NCBI GenBank assembly: GCA_013202205.1
Contig: JABMSB010000031.1
Coordinates: 310-64,309 of the forward strand
Source of the DNA: Candidatus Omnitrophota bacterium
GTDB lineage: Bacteria > Omnitrophota > Gorgyraeia > JABMSB01
Length of the DNA stretch: 64,000 bases
Reading direction: 5' to 3'
Both the position numbers and the translations under genes were made by a program. Shown here one piece after another: positions 38,018 to 47,505 of this stretch. The stretch's first letter is position 1, and every line of letters begins with the position of its first letter. A model generated the notes under the pieces. That model was given only the letters and a program-made list of their open reading frames with translations. It had not been told where the DNA came from and did no database searches.

Positions 38018-38332
38018 TATCTATGAGCATAGTAGAGATCAAAAGGCCTTCCGTATTCGCTGTTTGTGATTTCTTTTTTTCGCTGATACTGCTACCTAAA
38101 TCTCTATCGCTCATCTTATCGCCATGGGTTGCATCTTATCGATAATAACCCTCGCAGAGAAATACGGCATTTCTTTCCAGCACTTTATGACATCACTGAA
38201 TCTTATAGAAAGCTTGGGCGGTTACATCAAGCCATGTTTTATTATCAGCGCGCCCTCAATGTTAACCCTAATGATAAGAAGGTCTTACATGGGTTAAGCA
38301 TTATAGATAAAGCTATACCTCATGGTAAGTAA
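38014..38332 (+). pseudogene. Internally deleted relic of an O-antigen-ligase/TPR gene paralogous to 43602..46118
   Basis: 38014-38145 reads IKRPSVFAVCDFF|FSLILLPKSLSLILSP versus the intact gene's LKIPSISEACNFF...FSLIPLPKFSLALLSP; 38129-38332 reads FFPALYDITESYRKLGRLHQAMFYYQRALNVNP versus FSPAYYGIGESYNKLEQFNRALFYYQETLRLKP. Confidence 0.8.
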
Positions 38333-38379
38333 AAAAAGTAGATATTAAATGCAGGTCAAGTTCTAATTTAAAAGGGATA

Positions 38380-39645
38380 ATGAGAGGATATATCAAAAGC
38401 GCTTATTTTCTTTATAAAAAATATATACATAACTTTTCCTGGAGATATTTTGGATATTTTGCAAGAACATGTATAGCTTTTTTTATCTTTCTTATCGCCG
38501 CTAGACTTTTGACACCAGAGGCATTTGGAAAATATAATTACTTTATAGCTATAGCCTCTCTGCTGGCTATATTTGGAGATTTTGGAATAAGCACCTCTGT
38601 CAGCAAATATGTACCAGAGTATAGAATAAAGAACAGAGGAAAGATAAAGTCTATACTTTTTTCTTCATTAACAATTTGTTTTATTTTGTCTTTTTCTGTT
38701 TCGATATTTGTTTTGATTTTCGGGAAAGAGCTTTTTTCCGAGGACTACATATATATTTTATATACGATACCTCTAATATTTCTGATCAGCGGGGTTAGGG
38801 TTTTTGATGGATTTTATAGGGGTTCTGAAAGATTTAAAGAACTCGCCATCATTTCTTTGATTTCTGGTTTGGTTGGTTTGGGAAGTGCCTATTTCTTAAT
38901 CCTTCTTTACGGAGTTGCAGGAGCAATATTTACTCAAGTCTTATCTTATCTTGTACTTTTTACTGTGCTGACAAAATTTACAAAAGAAAGCTTCACGCCT
39001 TTTGATAAGAAAATAGCAAAAACAATTTCTAAATACGCCTTAGTTGTAGGTCTTTCAGGGTTAGCTTATTTTCTTTATACGCGTATTGATATTATAATTT
39101 TGGGATATTATGGATATACAATAGAGATCGGATATTATAGTATTATTGATAAATTTTTTCAATTTTTATTTATACCTTTTGTTTTATTTGGTCAGGTGAT
39201 TGCTCCCGATGTAACTAAATTGGTAACTCAAAAAAAATATCAAAAGGTTAAACAGCGTGGATTAAATATAATTTATTTATTCATTCTTGGAATATGTATC
39301 AGTATTTTTGTTTATTTTCTGGTGCCTCCAATAATCAAGAGCATACTCCCCGAATATTTTAAAAGAGATCTTTTGATGATTTTAAACGTTTTGCTTTTTT
39401 TGTTACCTTTTAAGATTTGTGGTGTGCTAATAGTCAACGGTTTTGTGGTGCCCTCAGGTTTAGCTAAAATAGTAACCGTCATTACAGGCATAGGCGGCAT
39501 CCTTAATGTCTTACTAGATTTTCTTTTTATAAAATGGTATGGGTTTATAGGAGTTTTCTATGTTACTGCGTTACTACATAGTTTAGCCATCATTTTTACA
39601 TATATTATATATTATAGAAGTATCTCAAAAAGGGCATTAGGGTAA
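38380..39645 (+). CDS. wzx: Oligosaccharide flippase (Wzx/MOP family)
   Basis: ARLLTPEAFGKY, DFGISTS, YTRIDIIILG, EIGYYS; many TM segments; AT-rich. Confidence 0.88.
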   Translation: MRGYIKSAYFLYKKYIHNFSWRYFGYFARTCIAFFIFLIAARLLTPEAFGKYNYFIAIASLLAIFGDFGISTSVSKYVPEYRIKNRGKIKSILFSSLTICFILSFSVSIFVLIFGKELFSEDYIYILYTIPLIFLISGVRVFDGFYRGSERFKELAIISLISGLVGLGSAYFLILLYGVAGAIFTQVLSYLVLFTVLTKFTKESFTPFDKKIAKTISKYALVVGLSGLAYFLYTRIDIIILGYYGYTIEIGYYSIIDKFFQFLFIPFVLFGQVIAPDVTKLVTQKKYQKVKQRGLNIIYLFILGICISIFVYFLVPPIIKSILPEYFKRDLLMILNVLLFLLPFKICGVLIVNGFVVPSGLAKIVTVITGIGGILNVLLDFLFIKWYGFIGVFYVTALLHSLAIIFTYIIYYRSISKRALG

Positions 39646-40367
39646 TGAAGCCAAGCAAAGTATATTCAAAGATTCGAAATAAGTTATTCAGAAAATTTAT
39701 TATTCTGCATTATTACCTTTATAGAGATGAGCTAAGGACGAAGATAAACCATGTGTTTCAGTATGATGATTTAGATATAGGGTTGTTTTTCGAAGAACAA
39801 GAAGAAGGTGCTTTGCCTGGGGATAAAAAATATAGCGCAGCCGACTATTATAAGTATATGGTTTCTCGATATATATTTTCTATCAGATATATAAAAAACA
39901 AGACTGTACTGGATTCAGGATGTGGTTTTGGTTGGGGATCTTATTTAGTCTGTAATTATCCCGAAAAGATAATTTCAATTGATTTAAATGAAAAGGCCTT
40001 AGATTTTGCAAAGAGCCATTGGGATGATAAAAAATTACATTTTTTAAAATGTTCTTTATTGAATATAGATTCCTTAAACGAGACCTTCGACGTTATTTTA
40101 GGAATGGAGATAATAGAACATCTATCTAGCAAGGATGGAGAGACATATTTATATCAGTGTTTCAGAAATTTAACAGATGGCGGAATTTTAATACTAAGCT
40201 CTTTCTTTCCAGACTTAAGAAAAGAATCAGAGAAGGCAGAAAAGAGGAATAAATTCCACCTAAAGATATTTACAAAACAGGAAATAAAAAAGCTGGCACA
40301 GCATGTGGGTTTTTCAAAAATCCAGTTTTTGGGTAACTTATTAGTAATATTAAAGAAAAGACCATAG
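39645..40367 (+). CDS. Class I SAM-dependent methyltransferase
   Basis: VLDSGCGFGWG, FDVILGMEIIEH, GGILILS. Confidence 0.88.
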   Translation: MKPSKVYSKIRNKLFRKFIILHYYLYRDELRTKINHVFQYDDLDIGLFFEEQEEGALPGDKKYSAADYYKYMVSRYIFSIRYIKNKTVLDSGCGFGWGSYLVCNYPEKIISIDLNEKALDFAKSHWDDKKLHFLKCSLLNIDSLNETFDVILGMEIIEHLSSKDGETYLYQCFRNLTDGGILILSSFFPDLRKESEKAEKRNKFHLKIFTKQEIKKLAQHVGFSKIQFLGNLLVILKKRP

Positions 40368-40493
40368 ATCCATTGAAAAATGAATTAAAAGTATATTTGG
40401 CTTGTCATAATCGGGTAGGAGTCAACGCATTTTTAGTTTAAATTGGTAAGGCCCCGTAATTCATTTTAAAAATAAACCGATGGAATAAGCAGG

Positions 40494-41168
40494 ATGAGCA
40501 TAAAAACATCAAAGACTGTACATGAAGATGACTGGAGAAATATAAAGAAAGATTATACTTTTTTAAAAAAGAATAAAGACATTTCAGAAAGGATGGCGTT
40601 ATTAATTAATTTTTTTAAAAGAGTTAAACCTCGAAAGATGTTGGATATTGGGTGTGGTTCGGGCTATTTGGGGTATTTGATTAAGAGAATGGATATGGAT
40701 AGAGATTTAATAATTAAAGGTTTTGATATTTCCGAATATGCTATTAGCCAGATAACATCTTATGATAAAACATATTTATTAGATATCGATAAAAAAGATA
40801 TTCCCGAAGAGAGCGATTATTTCGATATGGTGGTTTGTGGCGAAGTGTTAGAACATATTTATGATGTTGACCATTGCTTGGATGAGATAAAAAGAGTTCT
40901 TAAACCAGGCGGTAAGGCTATTATTACAACTCCAAATTTCAGTTATTGGAAATATCGAATTGTTTGTCTTTTTGGTGGCATTCCAAGCATAACAAAAGAT
41001 CCCCGGCATATTCGCAACTTTAATCATAATTTTCTATTCAGCAAATGTTCTGGTAAAGATTTTGATGTTACATATTCTGTTAGAGAAAAGAAAGATCCTT
41101 TGACTAAAATATTGGGAATAATTTTTAGTAAAATGGTTGTATTAACTTTGACTAAACGAGAGAAATAA
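40494..41168 (+). CDS. Class I SAM-dependent methyltransferase
   Basis: LDIGCGSG, FDMVVCGEVLEH, RVLKPGG..IITTPN. Confidence 0.9.
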   Translation: MSIKTSKTVHEDDWRNIKKDYTFLKKNKDISERMALLINFFKRVKPRKMLDIGCGSGYLGYLIKRMDMDRDLIIKGFDISEYAISQITSYDKTYLLDIDKKDIPEESDYFDMVVCGEVLEHIYDVDHCLDEIKRVLKPGGKAIITTPNFSYWKYRIVCLFGGIPSITKDPRHIRNFNHNFLFSKCSGKDFDVTYSVREKKDPLTKILGIIFSKMVVLTLTKREK

Positions 41169-41287
41169 AATCATGAATAGATCAAAAGAAAACAATGCAA
41201 AATATGGCGAACCATATAAGATTTTTTAGAGATGCTTTTTAGGTGATCCGCTAGTGATATTTACAAAAGAAACATAGGCCCAGCAAA

Positions 41288-42685
41288 ATGAATAAAAAAA
41301 TATGTTTGGTCTACCCTAATTTAATGAAACTCCCCAAGTTTTTTAATAAAGTGACCAATATTCCACAGAGCTCTACCCTTCTTCCGCCTTTAGGATTATT
41401 ATATATAGCTTCAAACTCAAAATACAAAATTGATATAATTGATAATAGGATAGAGAAACTTGCTGAGTTTAAATTATATAGCAGATTAAAAATTTATGAT
41501 ATAGTAGGTTTTGGTGGAACAATATTTGAGGTTCAAGAGGCAAGAAATATTTCTATGCGGTTAATGAAAGAGGGTAAAATTACCATATATGGCGGGCCAA
41601 ATGCCACTGTCAACTGGGAACTTTATGTTGGAGATTTCTCAATCATTATCAGGGGAGAAGGCGAAAATATCTTTGATAAGATAATAGAAAATTATAAGTT
41701 CATAAGAAATATAGAACACTTAGGTTTTAAAGAAATTAGAGGTTCTCTCGTTAATTTGGCTATATTCAGAATAAAGAATCTGGATAGCTTAAAATTTCCA
41801 AATAGAACCTTGATTAAGCTTGAGAGCTATAATAGGATAGAGGAGAATTATTTACCAAACACATATCCGGTAGATACGATTTCAAGCAGCCGTGGATGCC
41901 CCTTTGATTGTTATTTTTGTTCTTCCCAACATATTTGGCAAAGAAGATACACATATAGAACGCCAGACAATATTGTTAGAGAAATTAAAGAATTAATGGA
42001 TGTGTTTGGCACCAGAGGAATATATTTTAGAGAAGATAATTTTACTTTTTCAAAAAAAAGAACAAAAGAATTTTGTAAAAAAATCAAGCCTCTTAGCGTT
42101 AAGTGGGTTTGTGAATCCAGAATAGATGCTATTGATAAATCCTTAGCTATGGAGATGGCCGAGTCTGGATGTAGAGGCATTTGGTTTGGTATAGAGTCCA
42201 CATCCAATCAATCGTTGCGCAAGATTAAGAAAGGAATAACGATAGAGCAAGCAAAAAAAACAATACTTTTATGCAAGAAATATGGGATAATCACGGGGGG
42301 AGGGTTTATGATTGGCTTTCCTTGGGAAGATATTGATGATATGAAAAGGACTTTTGTAGAAAGTAAAAAATTAGGATTAGACAACATTTTCTATAACAGG
42401 ATCTATGCATTTCCGCACTCCGAGATGTATGAAGATATCAGAAAGAAACATCTAAATAGCTGCGAATATAATAATATCATCATCCCCGATACTGAATATA
42501 TTTCCTCAAAAGATGTTACCGAGTTTTATTATAAATGTCAATATAATTGGAAAAAGAGATTAATAAAGATGTTTATTCCCGAGATGCATAGAACACATTT
42601 TAAAAAGAGACACCCAATCTTAACTATGCTGATAAAAAAAAATAGCACAAATATAAAGCACAAGAACCAAGGAACATCGGCATGA
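41288..42685 (+). CDS. B12-binding radical SAM protein (class B methylase-like)
   Basis: PPLGLLYIAS, GGPNAT, RGEGE, SSRGCPFDCYFC, EDNFT, GIES, FMIGFP. Confidence 0.9.
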   Translation: MNKKICLVYPNLMKLPKFFNKVTNIPQSSTLLPPLGLLYIASNSKYKIDIIDNRIEKLAEFKLYSRLKIYDIVGFGGTIFEVQEARNISMRLMKEGKITIYGGPNATVNWELYVGDFSIIIRGEGENIFDKIIENYKFIRNIEHLGFKEIRGSLVNLAIFRIKNLDSLKFPNRTLIKLESYNRIEENYLPNTYPVDTISSSRGCPFDCYFCSSQHIWQRRYTYRTPDNIVREIKELMDVFGTRGIYFREDNFTFSKKRTKEFCKKIKPLSVKWVCESRIDAIDKSLAMEMAESGCRGIWFGIESTSNQSLRKIKKGITIEQAKKTILLCKKYGIITGGGFMIGFPWEDIDDMKRTFVESKKLGLDNIFYNRIYAFPHSEMYEDIRKKHLNSCEYNNIIIPDTEYISSKDVTEFYYKCQYNWKKRLIKMFIPEMHRTHFKKRHPILTMLIKKNSTNIKHKNQGTSA

Positions 42686-43485
42686 ATGACAATCCTAAGA
42701 TATCAGTTGTTATGGCAGCTTACAACGAAGAGAAATATTTAAGAAAAGCTATTGAGAGTATTTTAAACCAAACATTTTCTGATTTTGAGTTTATTATCAT
42801 AAACGACGGCTCAACTGATACTACTTCAAAGATTATTAAAGAGTATATTTCACGGGATTCACGTATTAAGACAAAAGATACAGGAAATTCTGGACTAACA
42901 CGTGCAAAAAATATAGCGCTAGAAATGGCTAAGGGAGATTTGATCGCCATGATGGATGCTGATGATATATCTCTGCCAGACAGGCTGGAAAAGCAAAGGA
43001 GATTCTTAGAGTATAATCAAGATGTAGGATTGCTCGGATCAGGATATTACCGAATAGATGAACAAGGCAATATTTTATATGAGCACAATCCTGTAACCGG
43101 CAGCAAAGAAATACATAAAAATCTTATAAAACGCAATATATTCTGCCATTCAACGATAGTAGTAAGAAGAGGAGTTTTTGATAAAGTAGGCTTTTATAAT
43201 GAGAATTGGCGCACTTCACAAGATTACGAGTTTTACTTTCGGGTGACGAAAGACTTCAAATTAGCTAATCTAAAAATCCCTTTAGTATGCTGGAGGTTGA
43301 GCAAGACAAGCATCTCTTTTACTAGGCAAAAAGACCAGTTAAAAGATGCTCTTCGGGCCCAGCTAAATGCCATGAGAGAGAGGCAATATCCTTTTTACTC
43401 TTATCTGTTTTTAATCCGTCCAGCACTAAAATTAATGTTCTACAACTTAGCCGATAACCAAAAGGATTTTTCGTCTCCACGGTAG
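42682..43485 (+). CDS. Glycosyltransferase family 2 (3' end overlaps an IS200 relic)
   Basis: ISVVMAAYNEE, INDGSTD, MDADD, QDYE. Confidence 0.9.
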   Translation: MNDNPKISVVMAAYNEEKYLRKAIESILNQTFSDFEFIIINDGSTDTTSKIIKEYISRDSRIKTKDTGNSGLTRAKNIALEMAKGDLIAMMDADDISLPDRLEKQRRFLEYNQDVGLLGSGYYRIDEQGNILYEHNPVTGSKEIHKNLIKRNIFCHSTIVVRRGVFDKVGFYNENWRTSQDYEFYFRVTKDFKLANLKIPLVCWRLSKTSISFTRQKDQLKDALRAQLNAMRERQYPFYSYLFLIRPALKLMFYNLADNQKDFSSPR

Positions 43486-43594
43486 GAACAGATGAGGCGA
43501 TGATCAGGAAGTACATTCAGTTACAGGAAAAGGAAGGCACAGGACAAACGAAATTTGAATTTTGATTTGAGCACCCCACCTGTAAAGGCGAGGG
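43461..43594 (+). mobile_element. IS200/IS605-family tnpA (Y1 transposase) 3' remnant with a degenerate right-end hairpin
   Basis: An alternate frame reads KGFFVSTVGTDEAMIRKYIQLQEKEGTGQTKFEF* (43461-43565), matching the GYFVSTVG...IRKYIxxQ catalytic-Tyr helix; followed by CCCCACCTGTAAAGGCGAGGG. Confidence 0.8.
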
Positions 43595-43601
43595 AATTTA
43601 T

Positions 43602-46118
43602 ATGACAGCCGCAATATTAAAAATCCCATCTATATCTGAAGCTTGTAATTTTTTTATCTTTGCTTCACTTATTTTTCTTATCATTTTTACACCCTTAACT
43701 TTTGGCGCGGTAGAGACATGGTCAATAATGACAATGGAATTATGCATCCTTTTCATGGTTTTATGCTGGTTTCTAAAGATGCTTCACAAGGGTGAACTTT
43801 CTTTTGTTAAGAATCCCATAGTGTTACTTATCGCTTGTTTCATAGGATTGATTTTATTTTCGCTCATCCCATTGCCTAAATTCTCATTGGCTTTATTATC
43901 CCCCAACACAGTTAAATTATACACCATGAGCCTCGGAGACCTGTACAGTTCCTGTCGCTCAATCAGCGTTTATAAATGGCAGACCGCATTCGAACTACAT
44001 AAGGTATTGGCTTATATAGGTGTCTTCTTTATTATTCTAAATAATATGCGGCACAGAAAGGAAATCGACCGTATAGTGATATGCATTATCGCCGTAGGAA
44101 CTTTTCTCGCTATGGTTGGGGTCGCTGAGAGATATGGCCCCGGGAAGATCGTTTTTTTAAGAACGGGGTTTGGGGAGGATGGGTTTTTTGGCCTGTTTGT
44201 CAACAAAAACCACCTCGCTGGATATCTGGAAATGGTAATACCTTTGGCCATAGCGAAGACATTCATTGATAGTAAGAATATAAGGGGTATCTTGTGGGGT
44301 TTCGCTTCCTGCCTTATGTTATCGCAGCTTTTTTTGACATATTCCAGAGCGGGGATTATAAGTTTTTCGATGTCGTTCCTTATGTGCATTGTTCTCCTCT
44401 CTGTTTTAGGGATGCGTAAAGAAAAAAGATATAAGAGGCATTTTTTTATTATTTTGGTTTGCTTAGCCATAACGTTATTGATGGTGGCGTCCGCGTTAAA
44501 GATAACAACAAACCACATGAACAATACGTTACAAACGGATTTATCAACTAGGTTGCAGCTCTACAAGGATATTTTTCGATTGATTCAAAGATTCCCGATA
44601 TTTGGTGTGGGTTTGGGTAATTTTCAAACGGTGTTTCCGATATACCAATCTTTTGCATATAGAAGTATATTTATTTACGCCCACAACGATTACCTACAAC
44701 TTTTTTCGGAATTGGGTATATTTGGTTTTATTATAGTTTTTTGCGGAGGTTTTTATTTTTTTAAGGGTGTTTTAAGTGCCATCTTGGAAAGTTACAATAG
44801 AAACCCGGAGAGCGACCGCTACGTGGTTAGTCTATTGTTTGGATGTTTAGCCGGTTTTTTGTCTATATCTTTTCATAGTTTGCTGGATTTTAATATGCAA
44901 ATCCCTGCAAACGCCCTACTATTTACGATAATAATAAGCATCACGCTGAAATTGATTATTAAAGAACATGGCGAGGTGGAAGATAAAAATGATTATAAAG
45001 TGACAAAAGCGCTTATTGGAAGAAACCGCATAATAGCATATTTTTCCTTTCCCGCCCTGATGATATATGCCCTTTTTCCCATAAGGGTGTTTTTAACGAA
45101 TACCTTTGCGGAAAAGATAAAGGAAGAAACAAAACCCATTTCTGTTTCTATAGATCTCGAGAAACCCCTACATCTCTCTTCCGGCAATAGCGAACTATAT
45201 TATCACTTAGCGGACTTGTACGAGGCCTCAGGAGATAAACACACAGCGATAAGAAATTATATGAGGTCTATAAAGCTCAACCCGCTAAATAGCAAATATC
45301 ATTTTCGGCTTGGATTGATTTCTGGCGTACAAAGAGATTTTGAAAGGGCGACCTTGCTGAATCCAGCCGGAGAAGACATTTATTATGAAACAGGAGTTTT
45401 TTATCTGAAGGGTCATCAACCCATAAAAGGGGCAGAGCAATTTAAGAAGGCTTTGTCTTTGTCTACACATTATGAAGAAGCAATTTTTGACCAAATATGG
45501 GGCTCTTCCGCCGTTTTTGATCATGATAAATATAAAGTTATGGCTGAGGTGATACCCGATAGCCCTGAAGCAAAAGCTAAGCTTGCGAGATATCTTAAGG
45601 ACAAGCAACTGTGGGATGAATCTGAAAGGGAATATCGCGTTGCGATCGACATGGCGAATGGAAAGGAAAAATTGCGCTATATGGCCGATTTTGCGCATAA
45701 TTTTCTCATGAGGGGACGCCGTAGGTTTGGGGATGCCAAAGAGATATGGCTTAAATATATCGCCCTTAATGATACTAATATCCATGCCTTTTTTAACCTC
45801 GGAAGGTGTTATGAATATGAGGGCGAGCTGGATAAAGCTGCCGAATTCTATGCATACGCAATTCAAATGGCTCCAGAGAGAGTATATTATGACAAACTTG
45901 CGCAAGTCTTGTTTAGAAAAGGGGATTATGAAGGGGCGATTGAGACGTGGCAAGAGTGCATTAAAATTTCTCCAAATTTTTCACCCGCCTATTATGGCAT
46001 AGGAGAGTCATATAATAAGCTCGAACAATTTAATCGCGCTCTGTTTTATTATCAAGAAACATTAAGGCTTAAACCAGATGGTAAAGACATCCTGCAGAAG
46101 ATAGAATCTATTAGATGA
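43602..46118 (+). CDS. O-antigen ligase-family (Wzy_C) membrane protein fused to C-terminal TPRs
   Basis: PLTFGAV, FVNKNHLAGYL, TYSRAG, GVGLGNF, AHNDYLQ..SELG, HSLLDFNMQIPAN; then a TPR array. Confidence 0.88.
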   Translation: MTAAILKIPSISEACNFFIFASLIFLIIFTPLTFGAVETWSIMTMELCILFMVLCWFLKMLHKGELSFVKNPIVLLIACFIGLILFSLIPLPKFSLALLSPNTVKLYTMSLGDLYSSCRSISVYKWQTAFELHKVLAYIGVFFIILNNMRHRKEIDRIVICIIAVGTFLAMVGVAERYGPGKIVFLRTGFGEDGFFGLFVNKNHLAGYLEMVIPLAIAKTFIDSKNIRGILWGFASCLMLSQLFLTYSRAGIISFSMSFLMCIVLLSVLGMRKEKRYKRHFFIILVCLAITLLMVASALKITTNHMNNTLQTDLSTRLQLYKDIFRLIQRFPIFGVGLGNFQTVFPIYQSFAYRSIFIYAHNDYLQLFSELGIFGFIIVFCGGFYFFKGVLSAILESYNRNPESDRYVVSLLFGCLAGFLSISFHSLLDFNMQIPANALLFTIIISITLKLIIKEHGEVEDKNDYKVTKALIGRNRIIAYFSFPALMIYALFPIRVFLTNTFAEKIKEETKPISVSIDLEKPLHLSSGNSELYYHLADLYEASGDKHTAIRNYMRSIKLNPLNSKYHFRLGLISGVQRDFERATLLNPAGEDIYYETGVFYLKGHQPIKGAEQFKKALSLSTHYEEAIFDQIWGSSAVFDHDKYKVMAEVIPDSPEAKAKLARYLKDKQLWDESEREYRVAIDMANGKEKLRYMADFAHNFLMRGRRRFGDAKEIWLKYIALNDTNIHAFFNLGRCYEYEGELDKAAEFYAYAIQMAPERVYYDKLAQVLFRKGDYEGAIETWQECIKISPNFSPAYYGIGESYNKLEQFNRALFYYQETLRLKPDGKDILQKIESIR

Positions 46119-46220
46119 CAGGTATAATAATAGCTAATTGTAAGATTTTTGGTATTTCATCGATTTCCCTTTATTTAAAAAAGTGGAGTTTAGATATGGT
46201 AACCAGCGGTTATTTTCGAT

Positions 46221-47444
46221 ATGAGCAATAAATCCGTAATATGTATTATAAGAACTCCGCTTCCTTCTTCGAGCAGGGAAGAGGCATGTCTTTTTTTGAG
46301 AGATTTGGTAGAGATGTTTATCCCGATAACGCATAAAATTTACGTAGTTACAGCAAATGCTCCTAAAGAGGAGGTTCTCAGATTTGTAAGCGGAAGGGAA
46401 GGGAAAATAAAATTTATAAATCCCGATCTGAAGAAGGAATACGAAAGAGGACATATCTTTTTGGTGTCATTTTTTATATGGTGTTTTAAGCACTTAAAGA
46501 TACAGATGCGGATGTCTTTCGATGTGTATAAAATAATACGGGGAATTGATATCGCTTTTTTCTACACAGGGTATCCGTGGTTATTGTCTCCTATGGCGAT
46601 TTTCAAGTTGTTCAGGAAAAAAGTAGTTATATTGGAGACCGGATCATTGTTGCAAGCACAGGATGTGATAAGAGAGCTCAAAGATGAACCATTTTTTAAA
46701 GAAACCTCTATGCAAAACAACATTTTTATGCTAGTCCTCAACTTGCTGGAGAATATATCATTTTTTTTAGCAGATTATATTATACCCGAATCCAGGACCA
46801 TAGGATTGTCAAGGAGATTTTCCAAATACAAGAAAAAGATCCTGCCCCCATTAGCGAGATTTGTGAGATTGGAGAAATTTAATATAATAAAAAGCACTTC
46901 GCAGAAAGATAAAACCATTGGTTATATTGGCCGATTTAGCTGGGAAAAAGGAATTACGAATTTTGTTAACGCGATTCCGCTTATTGCCAAAGAAGCGAGG
47001 GATGCGAAATTTATTCTGGTTGGCGATGGACCACTGTATCCTTATGCCGTAGATCTTGTGAAGGATCACGGTTTTAATAACAAAGTTATATTTAAGGGGT
47101 GGGTATCTCATCAAGAGATACCACATATTTTGAATGAGATGAAATTAATAGTATGCCCCTCTTACGTAGAAGGTTTGTCCACATTGCTATTAGAGGCCAT
47201 GGCCTGCGGAAGCATTGCAATAACAACACCTGTTGGCGGCGTGCTTGATGTGATAAAAGAAGGGGAAACCGGCTATTTGTTAGAAGACAACTCGCCTCCT
47301 TGCATATCTTCCAAGGTTGTATCAGCTTTGAAATCCCGCGAGTTAGACAAAATTGCTAAAAACGCACGTAGTTTGATTGAAGAGAATTATACTTTTTTGG
47401 CGGCAGTTCAGAGGGCACAAGATACTATACAAAAAATCTCATAA
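46221..47444 (+). CDS. Glycosyltransferase family 4
   Basis: YIGRFSWEKG, VGDGP, PSYVEGLSTLLLEAMACG. Confidence 0.92.
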   Translation: MSNKSVICIIRTPLPSSSREEACLFLRDLVEMFIPITHKIYVVTANAPKEEVLRFVSGREGKIKFINPDLKKEYERGHIFLVSFFIWCFKHLKIQMRMSFDVYKIIRGIDIAFFYTGYPWLLSPMAIFKLFRKKVVILETGSLLQAQDVIRELKDEPFFKETSMQNNIFMLVLNLLENISFFLADYIIPESRTIGLSRRFSKYKKKILPPLARFVRLEKFNIIKSTSQKDKTIGYIGRFSWEKGITNFVNAIPLIAKEARDAKFILVGDGPLYPYAVDLVKDHGFNNKVIFKGWVSHQEIPHILNEMKLIVCPSYVEGLSTLLLEAMACGSIAITTPVGGVLDVIKEGETGYLLEDNSPPCISSKVVSALKSRELDKIAKNARSLIEENYTFLAAVQRAQDTIQKIS

Positions 47445-47505
47445 GTACCCGATAGAAAAACAGGTATTTTTGTTTCAACAAAATAAAAGCAAAGGATAGT
47501 TCGAT

